Shown: piece by piece, positions 47,719 to 57,476 of the stretch
Numbering within the stretch: the stretch's first letter is position 1
Layout: the number at the start of each line of letters is the position of its first letter
Assembly: GCA_964494385.1 (NCBI GenBank)
Contig: CAZBSE010000001.1
Location: 292 to 64,291 of the forward strand
Reading direction: 5' to 3'
Source: an uncultured Actinomycetota bacterium
GTDB taxonomy: Bacteria; Actinomycetota; Humimicrobiia; Humimicrobiales; Humimicrobiaceae
DNA length: 64,000 bases
Notes under the pieces: generated by a model
Databases searched by the model: none
What the model saw: the letters and a program-made list of their open reading frames with translations, nothing else
Told to the model about the DNA's origin: nothing
Position numbers and translations under genes: made by a program

Positions 47719-49314
47719 TTAATTAACTATTTCCTGCCATTCTCCCCTTGTTATGGTAGTTTCTCCACTGCCGGAATAGCTCGTGGGCATTTCCTCTGGT
47801 AAATATTCTGAAATACCATCCTCGTAGCAGACTTTAGTAAAAGAAGTATTAATATCAAGAATTCCTCCGGCAATTAGCGTTCCCCTTACCACACCTTTAG
47901 TTATTTTTATATTTCCTTTTGCAAGTGCGACCATATACGTAGTGGGACTACCGCAGCTGGGAGGTTGAACCCAATAATCTCGCCAGATGTCGGATTCAAT
48001 TTTTCCATTTGATAAAAATATTAACAAAGCATTTTCCGGGAAATCATTTGTATTTATAGGTATAAGTTTCGTAAGAGTCTTGATATCTCCGGTAGTATAT
48101 ATAATACCTTTTCCCCTGTAATATATTTCATTGGTACTGGGTCCGCCAATGCTGGGAATCCACCATTCTTCAATTCCTACTTGAAGATTACCGTTTATGA
48201 TGACATTACCGTGAACTTCCAGAATGTAATTTCCACCTTCTTTTACAAAGCTTAAGCTATTTCCTCCAAAATCATTGTAATTATATGGAACATTTCGGTC
48301 ATCAAATGTTAAATTACTATCAATAATTAATGCAGATCCCTGAACATCTGACCAATATCCGTCTATCAAATCAGCTACATTATATTGAGGATCGACAAAA
48401 GTATATGTAAGACTGTCATTTCGATCAGCATATATCGGCGCCCATGGATTAGACGGCCAGGGTGTAATTGTTCCATTGCATGATAAAATTAATTCTCTTC
48501 CCAGTTCCCCTATTCTTGCACTTCCGCTCATATTAATGTCACCCATTACAATCATGGGACTAATCAGGTTCTCGTCTATATAGGTTCCGCCGGACATTGT
48601 TAAACTGCCTGCTATGTTAACCTGGCTTCCTTCTATTTTTGCGCTTCCTTCCATTACCACATTTCCTCCAACAGAAAGAGTATCCGGGTTTATAATTGTT
48701 GCATCACCTGACATATATAGATTTCCTTTAATAACTACCGGTCCCGGATTAGATTGCTGTGATATAAATGAACCTGCAGTAAGATTAAGATTTCCTTCCG
48801 TGTAAAAAGGACCGTCTAAAGGTTCATAATTACCGCCAAAAGTTGTTGATTGCGCCGTATATACATAATCATAAATATCAAGTGCCGGACCTGACTGCAT
48901 AATATTTATACTTGTTTGAATTGTTCTTTCGGTTCCGCTTTTATCAATTCCTTTGGATGTTACATTGTACCAGGACAATTCTTCACCGCTGTGAAACTCG
49001 TAATTAACCATAAAACTACCCTGTACTTCCCCGCCGTCTTCTATTTCTACAGTATATGGACTCGATGGAAGAGAAGTGCCTTCATTATAATATTTGTCTA
49101 TATTCGAGAACATGCTGGATATACCCGCTTCAGCAAAGTTTAATGCTTTTAATTTTTCCTTATCAAGTTCCGTAAAACCAATATCACGAAAGATATACCC
49201 GACCATAGCAGTAGTCAATAAAATCACTGCCAGACCCATTATCAACACAAGGATTGATATATTGGCTCTTTTCTCTCTTTTAAAATTTAATATTTTTTTT
49301 ATTATACTTCTCAT
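47719..49314 (-). CDS. PilX-N-domain pilus-associated protein with a large beta-helix-like repeat region
   Basis: 531 aa. N-terminal TM anchor followed by ALNFAEAGIS (PilX_N-like). Repeats of the form GN(L/V)xMSG(D/S)AxI. Last gene of the minor-pilin operon. Confidence 0.55.
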   Translation of the reverse strand: MRSIIKKILNFKREKRANISILVLIMGLAVILLTTAMVGYIFRDIGFTELDKEKLKALNFAEAGISSMFSNIDKYYNEGTSLPSSPYTVEIEDGGEVQGSFMVNYEFHSGEELSWYNVTSKGIDKSGTERTIQTSINIMQSGPALDIYDYVYTAQSTTFGGNYEPLDGPFYTEGNLNLTAGSFISQQSNPGPVVIKGNLYMSGDATIINPDTLSVGGNVVMEGSAKIEGSQVNIAGSLTMSGGTYIDENLISPMIVMGDINMSGSARIGELGRELILSCNGTITPWPSNPWAPIYADRNDSLTYTFVDPQYNVADLIDGYWSDVQGSALIIDSNLTFDDRNVPYNYNDFGGNSLSFVKEGGNYILEVHGNVIINGNLQVGIEEWWIPSIGGPSTNEIYYRGKGIIYTTGDIKTLTKLIPINTNDFPENALLIFLSNGKIESDIWRDYWVQPPSCGSPTTYMVALAKGNIKITKGVVRGTLIAGGILDINTSFTKVCYEDGISEYLPEEMPTSYSGSGETTITRGEWQEIVN

Positions 49315-49327
49315 TTTTAAAAATCTG

Positions 49328-49909
49328 CTAGATCCTGTTTCTTAAAGTAATAGATGTCTTTAAATCCATGGTCCTGTTACTCTCTGTTCCTCCCTGGTCA
49401 ATATTTATATTAATTTCAATTATTTTTATATTACCTAATTCTTCTTCACTCACCGTAGCCATTCCACCTTCGGGTATATTTACCCCGGTATAATAGGTAA
49501 ATATATTTATATTAACTATTTTACTCACAACCAGACTTGCACCCCCGCCATCTACTTCCCTGTAAAGATTATAATATCCTTCTTCTGCTGAAAGATAATA
49601 CTCCAAAACCTCATATCCTTCATCATCGTCCACATTGCTTCTAAAAGTAATGTCGTCAGCTTCAGCACTACTTATATCAATGATTTCTCTTAAATCTTTA
49701 CTTACCCTATACATTGCAGTTTTAGAATCTATTACTGAAGTAGTTACATCAACAACTTCTCTTGAAGTGTTTATGGAAAGAATATACGCACCTGAAATTA
49801 TACTTACTATTATAACAATCAGCAATACTACAAGCAGCAGCTCAACCAGTGAAAAACCTTTAGAATCTTTTATTCTTTTAATGAGTAGTGACTTCATTGC
49901 TTGGATCAC
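49328..49909 (-). CDS. Prepilin-type minor pilin (PilW/GspJ-like)
   Basis: Class III signal KG|FSLVELLLVVLLIVIIV with E at +5. Confidence 0.75.
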   Translation of the reverse strand: MIQAMKSLLIKRIKDSKGFSLVELLLVVLLIVIIVSIISGAYILSINTSREVVDVTTSVIDSKTAMYRVSKDLREIIDISSAEADDITFRSNVDDDEGYEVLEYYLSAEEGYYNLYREVDGGGASLVVSKIVNINIFTYYTGVNIPEGGMATVSEEELGNIKIIEININIDQGGTESNRTMDLKTSITLRNRI

Positions 49910-51155
49910 TTTCTATCCCGCCCTCATAAATAGCTGTTACGTAAAAAGTATAATTACTATACCCTATTCTATTGCTGTAATATGTGTTTGCAGTTCTACC
50001 TATTTCTATACCGTTTCTATATACTGCATATTCGGTAACTACCAGTTCGGTATCCGGAGCATCCCATGCAATATATACTGTTCTTGTATAACCCCATCCA
50101 TAATACCACGTAATACGAAGATTCCGGGGCGGTGGATATACGGCTTCACTTTCAGTAGTTACAGTATTGCTTTGATCACCTTCTATGCCGCCCTCATAAA
50201 TAGCTGTTACGTAAAAAGTATAGTTACTGGTTCCAATCGTATTCTGATAATTTGTGTCAGCGGTTCTACCTATTTCCACGTCGTCTCTATATACCGCATA
50301 TTCAGTAACTGTCAACTCGGTATCAGGAGCATCCCATGCCAGATATACTGTTCTTCCGGAACCTTCCCCTGAGTATCCTGTGATATTAAGATTCCGGGGT
50401 GGTAGATATTCCAATACAATTTCAGTAGTTACCGTATTACTTGAACTGCTTTCTGTTTCATCATCATATAGTGCCGTTACGTAATAACTATAAACTTCAT
50501 TATCTCCGGGTTCATCGATAAAGAATAATAATCCTGAAGAAGCAGCGGTTCCTATAAAATTCCCATCTCTGTAAATCTTATATTCATCTATCTCAAGCTC
50601 TGTATCGGGTGCTTCCCATATTAGTTTAATATCTCTTTCGCTGCCGGAGCCTGAATCATAGTCTATAACCAGATTTACAGGTACCGGATGCCCAACAGGT
50701 CCTTCTCCCTGACTCCCTAAAGGATACATCTGCGTAATTACATTTATCGGTTCCTTCATAGGGTCCTTAAAGATGGTTATTTTCAGCTGCTTGTAATCAC
50801 TATCCCCCTCATATACCGGAATGATTTCGTAACTTATATCATATCCATCTTCAATCAGAACAGGATTATCTAATCCCCAGTTAGGATTCTCTGAAGTAAA
50901 ATCAATATCTTCATAAGCCATCGCCCTTATAATCTCAAGTTTCTCACTGGCAATTGCCTGAGCTTTTGTTTTTGCTCTGTTTATTTTTAATGTATCAACG
51001 GATACTATGGTGCCTCTTACCAGGACTAATGTAATAATGGATAATATAAGAAAAGCTACTACTACCTCTACAAGAGCCATCCCGTCTTGTTTCTTTAAAT
51101 TTAATTTTTTTTTATTAGAACATTTATAAATGAAACGATAAAATTTATTTAACAT
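49878..51155 (-). CDS. Prepilin-type minor pilin (PilV/GspI-like head) fused to three tandem FN3 domains
   Basis: DG|MALVEVVVAFLILSII prepilin motif. Three ~90-aa repeats (PPRNL..LAWDAPDTEL.VTEYAVYR...YTFYVTAIYEGG). Confidence 0.7.
   Translation of the reverse strand: MLNKFYRFIYKCSNKKKLNLKKQDGMALVEVVVAFLILSIITLVLVRGTIVSVDTLKINRAKTKAQAIASEKLEIIRAMAYEDIDFTSENPNWGLDNPVLIEDGYDISYEIIPVYEGDSDYKQLKITIFKDPMKEPINVITQMYPLGSQGEGPVGHPVPVNLVIDYDSGSGSERDIKLIWEAPDTELEIDEYKIYRDGNFIGTAASSGLLFFIDEPGDNEVYSYYVTALYDDETESSSSNTVTTEIVLEYLPPRNLNITGYSGEGSGRTVYLAWDAPDTELTVTEYAVYRDDVEIGRTADTNYQNTIGTSNYTFYVTAIYEGGIEGDQSNTVTTESEAVYPPPRNLRITWYYGWGYTRTVYIAWDAPDTELVVTEYAVYRNGIEIGRTANTYYSNRIGYSNYTFYVTAIYEGGIESDPSNEVTTH
49884..50405. 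repeat. Tandem 270-bp direct repeat, two copies encoding FN3 modules 2 and 3
   Basis: 49884-50135 and 50154-50405 align at a 270-bp offset, at roughly 80% identity by eye. The alignment includes a perfect 35-nt block (49918-49952 = 50188-50222). A third, more diverged copy lies at 50421-50687. Confidence 0.8.
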
Positions 51156-51165
51156 TTTCCTGTAT

Positions 51166-51597
51166 TTATTTTATGCATTCAATAATATATTTTACAGCTA
51201 TCTTGTATACATCTAGTCCAAACCCAACAATAATTCCCAATGATGCCGGGGATATTACTGATTTTGATCTCCAGAGTTCTCTTTTATAAATATTGGAGAT
51301 ATGCACCTCTATTACTGGAATATTGCTTGCCAGTATGGCATCATGTATTCCATAGCTATAATGTGTGAGCGCACCAGGATTAATTATTATGAAATCAATG
51401 GTTCCGATACATTTATGTATTTTATCAATGATTTCGCCTTCATGATTTGATTGAAAATAAGAAAGCTTGATTTTTCTCTCAGCTATTTTATCCAGGTCTT
51501 TTTTGGCATCTTCAAAATTTCTTTTGCCGTATATTTTTTCTTCTCTGTTGCCTAATAAATTTAAATTGGGACCGTTAATTATTACTACATTTTTCAT
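51166..51597 (-). CDS. aroQ: Type II 3-dehydroquinate dehydratase
   Basis: INGPNLNLLG, FQSNHEGE, NPGALTHYS. Confidence 0.93.
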   Translation of the reverse strand: MKNVVIINGPNLNLLGNREEKIYGKRNFEDAKKDLDKIAERKIKLSYFQSNHEGEIIDKIHKCIGTIDFIIINPGALTHYSYGIHDAILASNIPVIEVHISNIYKRELWRSKSVISPASLGIIVGFGLDVYKIAVKYIIECIK

Positions 51598-51681
51598 TTT
51601 AATTAAAATTATATATTTTTATAGAATATTTATTCTTTCATTAATAATTAATATTATATTTAATAATTATTTTATATATAT

Positions 51682-52797
51682 TTAAATATAATTATACATA
51701 CTTTTTTTAATATTATCAATAATGAGGCTTTTATCAACGTTATAATAGAAAATAGGTTTATTTATTTTTTTTAACAATACAAATTTATTTTGTAATGTCC
51801 TGAATTTTTTATCATACTTCATGACATTTATTATTTTATCTACTTTAACTTTGGGTATTTTATAGGGTAACTTCAATTTTTTATATAATTCAAGAACAAT
51901 TTCTTTAATTTCTTTATCAATTAAGCCCATTGCAATTGATATATCAATTGCAACCATCATTCCTATACTTATTGCTTTTCCATGGTTCATTTCTTTCAGA
52001 TCAAATGCATTTTCTATGCAATGTCCTATGGTATGCCCAAAATTTAGCAGGTTTCTGTAATCATAGTCAAATTCATCCCTCTCTACTACTTTTACTTTTA
52101 TGCAGCAGCAACTGTATATTATATTTTCAAATTCTTCTGTCTTGACTAATTTTAAAAGCCTGTCTTCTTCTTTGCTTCCCGCCGCTACGGTCAGTTTATC
52201 CAGTATATTTTTTTTAAAAATCAATCCATATTTTACAATTTCGCCCAGACCGTTAATAATTTGATCCTCTTCCAGAGTGTAATTCATGGTAGGATCAATA
52301 ATTATCATATGTGGCTGATAAAAACATCCAATTATATTTTTTATATTTTTATAGTTAACTGCAACTTTTCCTCCTATACTGCTGTCAACCTGCCCTATTA
52401 TGGTAGTGGGAAATTGTATCAATTTTATTCCTCTATGAAATGTTGACGCAACAAAACCTGCAAGATCCCCTATTACTCCGCCTCCGAAGGCTACAATCGG
52501 GTCATTTCTATGAATATTAAAATCAATCAGCTTTTTAAATATAAAATCCGCACTTCTCAAACTTTTGAATTCTTCACCGTCCCTTATAATTATAATCTCA
52601 TAAGGTAAGGAACACTCCTTTAAAAAATTTTTCATCTTTTTTTCGTATATTCCAAATATCTTGTCATTTGTAACCAGCGCTATTTTATCCGCATCACAAA
52701 AATTTTTTTTAACCAGCACTGAAAATTTTCTATAGATCCCGGGTCCTATATATATAGGATAATTTCTTAGTTTGGTTTTTGCATTAATTATTTTCAT
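51682..52797 (-). CDS. aroB: 3-dehydroquinate synthase
   Basis: GGGVIGDLAGFVAS, and metal ligands in GHTIGH. 371 aa. Confidence 0.9.
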   Translation of the reverse strand: MKIINAKTKLRNYPIYIGPGIYRKFSVLVKKNFCDADKIALVTNDKIFGIYEKKMKNFLKECSLPYEIIIIRDGEEFKSLRSADFIFKKLIDFNIHRNDPIVAFGGGVIGDLAGFVASTFHRGIKLIQFPTTIIGQVDSSIGGKVAVNYKNIKNIIGCFYQPHMIIIDPTMNYTLEEDQIINGLGEIVKYGLIFKKNILDKLTVAAGSKEEDRLLKLVKTEEFENIIYSCCCIKVKVVERDEFDYDYRNLLNFGHTIGHCIENAFDLKEMNHGKAISIGMMVAIDISIAMGLIDKEIKEIVLELYKKLKLPYKIPKVKVDKIINVMKYDKKFRTLQNKFVLLKKINKPIFYYNVDKSLIIDNIKKSMYNYI

Positions 52798-52807
52798 TTA
52801 ACTATTT

Positions 52808-53320
52808 TTAAGCTTTTAGTGCGGTTATTATCTTGTTTGCAGTCTTTAGCGGATCTTTCCCGTTGTTATCCATAATTAAATCAGCATATTTTCTGTAAAG
52901 AGTGTCTCTTTTCCTTATTAATTTTTTAATAGTTTCTTTTTTATTCTTAACTTCAATTAACGGTCTGTCATTAACATTTTCAAGACGCTCCAATGCTTCC
53001 CTTATTGATATGTTCAAATAGATAACGGTACTGCTGTTTTTGATTATTTCCATATTTTGTTTTCTTTCAACTATGCCGCCCCCACAGGCAACTATGCAAT
53101 TTTTATTATTAAATATTTTTTCGGTTATATTTGATTCCAGATCCCTAAAATATTTCTCTCCCTCCAGACTGAAAATATCCTTTATTTTTTTTCCTTCTCC
53201 CAGCTCAATCATTCTATCTAAATCAATAAATATAAACTTTATTTTTTTTGCAAGAATTCTTCCTACCGTACTCTTTCCGGAACCCATAAATCCTATAAGG
53301 CATATATTTTTAAATCTCAT
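52808..53320 (-). CDS. aroK: Shikimate kinase
   Basis: LIGFMGSGKSTVGR P-loop. 170 aa. Confidence 0.92.
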   Translation of the reverse strand: MRFKNICLIGFMGSGKSTVGRILAKKIKFIFIDLDRMIELGEGKKIKDIFSLEGEKYFRDLESNITEKIFNNKNCIVACGGGIVERKQNMEIIKNSSTVIYLNISIREALERLENVNDRPLIEVKNKKETIKKLIRKRDTLYRKYADLIMDNNGKDPLKTANKIITALKA

Positions 53321-53326
53321 ATAATA

Positions 53327-54493
53327 TTATATTTCCTGGAGATATCTTTTATAATTATTATAATTTTCTAAAATTTCATTTATATTATCCCTACCGAATT
53401 TATTTTGAATCGAATTAAAGATTTCTACTGACAGTACTGCCTCACCAATTATGGAAGCGCTTGGAACAGCACATACATCCGATCTTTCTTTCAAACTTAT
53501 TTCATCTTCTTTACTTTCTATATTCACGGTATGCAGCCCCTTAATCGTAGTTGGCAGTGGTTTCATTATGGCCTCTATTACAACTGGTTCCCCGTTGGTT
53601 ACTCCTCCTTCTATCCCTCCGGCTCTATTTGTTTTCCTAAAGAACCCTTTACCTTTTCTATAATAAACTTCATCATGGAATCCGGTTCCCGTTTTTTGAT
53701 ATGAGTTAAAAATATCACCTATCCCTACACCTTTTATGGCCGGGATGCTCATAAATGATTTTGCTATTCTCCCATCAATCCTTCTGTCCCATTGTGAATA
53801 TGAACCCAGCCCTGCCGGTACTCCTTCTGCTGTAACCTTAAATCTTCCTCCAATACTGTCCCCACTTTTCTTTGCCTTTCCTATTTCTTTCTTCATCTTC
53901 AGACTTACTTCTTTATCGGGACACCTTACTTCGGATTTTTCTATATCATCTAATATTTCGCTGTTTATTTTTATATCTTCAATAAGCATCGCTTTTCCAA
54001 TCTGGCATACATAACTTACAATATTTATCCCTAAAAGTTTTAATACAATTTTAGCAAATGCGCCTATGCAGACCCTAACTGCAGTTTCTCTGGCACTGCT
54101 TCTTTCTATTACATTTCTTATGTCATCCAATCTGTATTTTAATAATCCGGGTAAATCTGCATGGCCCGGTCTTGGGTTTAATAATTTTTTTTCTGGTTCT
54201 GAAATATCTTTTCCGGCATTATTTATATTCATTATTTCTTTCCAGCTTTTCCAATCTATATTCTTTATTGCAAATGATATAGGTGAGCCTATGCTCCTTC
54301 CTTTCCTTATACCTGATATTAACTCAACTTCATCTTTTTCTATTGACATCCTGGACCCTCTCCCGAATCCTTTTTGTCTTCTTGACAGCTCATAATTTAT
54401 ATAATCCCTATCAATTAAAACTCCGGAGGGATAGTCGTCAATTACTCCTAAAAGATTTTTTCCATGGGATTCACCGGCAGTAAGAAATCTCAA
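53327..54493 (-). CDS. aroC: Chorismate synthase
   Basis: MRFLTAGESHG, RPGHAD, SARETA. Confidence 0.94.
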   Translation of the reverse strand: MRFLTAGESHGKNLLGVIDDYPSGVLIDRDYINYELSRRQKGFGRGSRMSIEKDEVELISGIRKGRSIGSPISFAIKNIDWKSWKEIMNINNAGKDISEPEKKLLNPRPGHADLPGLLKYRLDDIRNVIERSSARETAVRVCIGAFAKIVLKLLGINIVSYVCQIGKAMLIEDIKINSEILDDIEKSEVRCPDKEVSLKMKKEIGKAKKSGDSIGGRFKVTAEGVPAGLGSYSQWDRRIDGRIAKSFMSIPAIKGVGIGDIFNSYQKTGTGFHDEVYYRKGKGFFRKTNRAGGIEGGVTNGEPVVIEAIMKPLPTTIKGLHTVNIESKEDEISLKERSDVCAVPSASIIGEAVLSVEIFNSIQNKFGRDNINEILENYNNYKRYLQEI

Positions 54494-54510
54494 AGATTAT
54501 ACATCCTTTC

Positions 54511-55032
54511 TTAATCATAATAAACCTGATCCATAAAAACAGTTACCACAACGTCACCCTTTAGCAGCACTACAGAGTTTGTATTGATTGCCTGCACAGA
54601 ATAAATATATACCAGAGTATCTCCCTCTTTAAGCTGATAGGAGTAATTATTTAAATTCAATTCGGCATATTCTATTCCATTTTCAGTATAAATTCTATTT
54701 AATTTAAATACATTTTTTTCTTCTTCATCTTCCTCTTCAATATAAAACGGTTCAAAAGGATCCCTAGATGAATCATCGATAAAATTAATATTGTATTCCG
54801 GGTCATAACTCTTTTCTATAGCTGAATCCTCTCTGCCTATTTCGATTACCTCATTTTCATTTATTTTTATGTCAGGCATTTCCAATTCTTTCTCTCCGCC
54901 TATATATGACTCCTTGATTATTTCTAAAAAAGAACATCCTGTAAAAATAAAAAGTACTAAAATAGAAAACAACACAACCGCTATAAATATTATCTTTTTT
55001 AATATATTCTTACTAATTATCATATTAATCAT
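54511..55032 (-). CDS. Putative PilP-like pilus assembly lipoprotein
   Basis: 173 aa. Lipobox FTGC, acidic linker with RDPFEPF, C-terminal beta-rich domain. Sits in the pilP position after pilMNO. Confidence 0.4.
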   Translation of the reverse strand: MINMIISKNILKKIIFIAVVLFSILVLFIFTGCSFLEIIKESYIGGEKELEMPDIKINENEVIEIGREDSAIEKSYDPEYNINFIDDSSRDPFEPFYIEEEDEEEKNVFKLNRIYTENGIEYAELNLNNYSYQLKEGDTLVYIYSVQAINTNSVVLLKGDVVVTVFMDQVYYD

Positions 55033-55564
55033 TTACATAATAAATTTTTAAACCAACAAAGCCGTTCAGTTTTTTATAATCATCCTCATATGACTGTAAA
55101 ACAATATCTTCAATTACTGCTATCCTGGGCATTTTCTCTATGATTTTAATAAAATTAACTATGTTGTAATAAGAGCCTTCCAATATAATATTAACACTTA
55201 TCGTTTTCTGTTCTTCCTTATCTTCTTCCGCAGCAGTTCTTTCCATATAATCAACCGAATAAATAATTATATCGGAGTATTTAGCAATTTCATAAATTTC
55301 ATTGGTAAAAAAACTTAAATCGTTTTCAGAAGGAAGCTGCATTGAGCATTTCTGATATTCAGCATTCAATACATTATATTCATCCCTTATCAGCAGAAGT
55401 TCATTCAGCCTGTTTAGTAAAACCTTATTATTATCTTTTTCCGTTTCTATTAATGAGCTTGCTTCAAGACTGCTGGAAAGGTTGGGTATAATAAACAGAA
55501 TAAGTAAAAAAACACTCGCTATAAAAAAGACGACTATAAAAATTATTTTAATTCTGCTGTTCAT
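55025..55564 (-). CDS. pilO: Type IV pilus assembly protein PilO
   Basis: N-terminal TM, coiled coil and a ferredoxin-like C-terminus (ILEGSYYNIVNFIKIIEKMPRI). Confidence 0.75.
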   Translation of the reverse strand: MNSRIKIIFIVVFFIASVFLLILFIIPNLSSSLEASSLIETEKDNNKVLLNRLNELLLIRDEYNVLNAEYQKCSMQLPSENDLSFFTNEIYEIAKYSDIIIYSVDYMERTAAEEDKEEQKTISVNIILEGSYYNIVNFIKIIEKMPRIAVIEDIVLQSYEDDYKKLNGFVGLKIYYVND

Positions 55565-55591
55565 AATTATATATAAATATGAATTGTATTA

Positions 55592-56293
55592 TTACTCCAT
55601 CTTTTCTATTTCCGTGTCCAATAAGCTTTCGTCTTCATTTTCTTCCGTTTGCACAGTGTCTCCATTTTCGATTCCCTGTAAATAAGGTTCAAGATTATAA
55701 AATGTACTTATATTGAAAAATACCGCTTCCGTACCCGATTCCGCAATTTGATCCCTGGAAATATTATTTATAAGTACTTCTCCCATATTGGGAATGTCTT
55801 CAATACCTATCGCAAACTTGCTTACATCATTATAACCGACCGCATATCCCTCAATATTAAAAAAAGTTACTTTTTTTACGTCTTTTCCTTTTTCTTCAGG
55901 ACTTTTATCAATGAATTCATATAAATTTTTACTATCTCCTTCAATATAATTAATATAGGTATTATCCGGTATCTTTTCTCCTATATCATTTAAAATATCT
56001 GACCAGATTATTACATTTTCCTGTAGTGAATTTACCAGTTCAGATTTCTTATTTACCTTAACCCTGAATTTTTCGTAAGCCTCCAAATTTGTTATATAGC
56101 TGCCTATCTGCATATTTACTTTTCTGTAATCATCTAATCTTGGTACAATATAATTGTTTACATCATATAAAATAATTGAAAAAGCCGCTATTATTACCAC
56201 TACAACCGCCATGAGTATCAATATCGCCTGAAGTATAATTCCCTTTATATCCCTTACTTTTATTTCTTTCGGGAGAAGGTTTATCGTTTTCAT
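55592..56293 (-). CDS. pilN: Type IV pilus assembly protein PilN
   Basis: INLLPKE N-terminal motif and a single TM. ATGA overlap with pilM. Confidence 0.8.
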   Translation of the reverse strand: MKTINLLPKEIKVRDIKGIILQAILILMAVVVVIIAAFSIILYDVNNYIVPRLDDYRKVNMQIGSYITNLEAYEKFRVKVNKKSELVNSLQENVIIWSDILNDIGEKIPDNTYINYIEGDSKNLYEFIDKSPEEKGKDVKKVTFFNIEGYAVGYNDVSKFAIGIEDIPNMGEVLINNISRDQIAESGTEAVFFNISTFYNLEPYLQGIENGDTVQTEENEDESLLDTEIEKME

Positions 56294-57453
56294 TTATTTA
56301 ATTCCCTTAATGCCATTCCCACTGCTAACGGATCTATCAGATAGTTTAATTTCCTGCCTTTATATCTTGGATTCTTCATTATATATTTTAGTGAAAAATA
56401 ATCTGCGATTTTTAATATTTCTACCTTATAATTTATTACCTTTTCTATATATTTATCAATATTCTTAATATATTTCCCACTTAAAATTATTTTTTCAATT
56501 TTATATTTTGGATTTTCCTGCAGGAAGCTTTCTATAGACAGCTTGATTTCATATACGAGATGATCCGCAGTATCTTTCATAATTTTAACTATTTTCTTTT
56601 TATAATCTTCCTTCTCATCTTCTTTCCCCCCCGGCTCTTTACTCTCTTTTCTTTGCGTCTTTTCCGGAGTATTGCCGGAAGTTTCCTTTTTTAATTTTTC
56701 TTTATTTTTTTCTTCATCCAGTATTAATTTGAAATCAAATTGCGAAATTATTTTTCTGCAGTAATTATTATCTTTTTTAATTTCTTTATACAAAGTATCG
56801 ACAAAGCTTTTTATGGAAGATGAGGTGAACCTCGGATATCTTAAATCATTATCCTGGATTATTTCAAGGATAGATATTTCCTCTCCCAGATTTACAGCGC
56901 AAAAAGATTTTAAATTCTTTTTCTTTTTATTTTTTTCCAGTCCGTAGATATAATCCAGTGTCCTATAAAGTGCGAAACAATTCAGATCAATAGCCTGTGA
57001 AAATAATCCTGCATCTTTGAAGCTTTTTGCTATATCATTTATCATGCTTTTAAGCGTGCCTACCAGCATCAATCTTGAAGAATTTTTTTCTTTTTCTACT
57101 ATATAATAATCATAAATAACATTATTTTTTGGTATGGGAATAAAATCATTGATCTGGTACTTAATCGAATTATTTATTTCTGTATCATCCACTACTGGTA
57201 CTGTAACCTCTTTTGCAATTATTTTTTGATTGGCAATTCCTATAAATACTTTTCTATCAGAAATTTTATATTTTCTCCATATATCTTTTAAACCGGTGGT
57301 CAAAGCAGCTACATCCTGTACCTCACCTTTTATGACCGCATTAGACGGTACTTCTGAAATTACCATATTTTTTATAACCAGATTATTTCTTGATTTTAAT
57401 AACTCAATAACAGATATACAACAAGAGCTTAAATTCAACCCGACTGCCGACAT
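56290..57453 (-). CDS. pilM: Type IV pilus assembly protein PilM (actin-like ATPase fold)
   Basis: 387 aa, PilM-like sequence. Contains a ~50-aa K/E-rich insertion. Confidence 0.8.
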   Translation of the reverse strand: MSAVGLNLSSCCISVIELLKSRNNLVIKNMVISEVPSNAVIKGEVQDVAALTTGLKDIWRKYKISDRKVFIGIANQKIIAKEVTVPVVDDTEINNSIKYQINDFIPIPKNNVIYDYYIVEKEKNSSRLMLVGTLKSMINDIAKSFKDAGLFSQAIDLNCFALYRTLDYIYGLEKNKKKKNLKSFCAVNLGEEISILEIIQDNDLRYPRFTSSSIKSFVDTLYKEIKKDNNYCRKIISQFDFKLILDEEKNKEKLKKETSGNTPEKTQRKESKEPGGKEDEKEDYKKKIVKIMKDTADHLVYEIKLSIESFLQENPKYKIEKIILSGKYIKNIDKYIEKVINYKVEILKIADYFSLKYIMKNPRYKGRKLNYLIDPLAVGMALRELNK

Positions 57454-57476
57454 GATGTGATCCTACTTTCTATTCT

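Noticed and set aside
49635-50372. 245-aa plus-strand ORF
   Set aside because: It is antisense to the FN3 repeat region of the minor pilin. Its internal repetition simply mirrors the 270-bp tandem repeat. It has no RBS and no recognisable domain.
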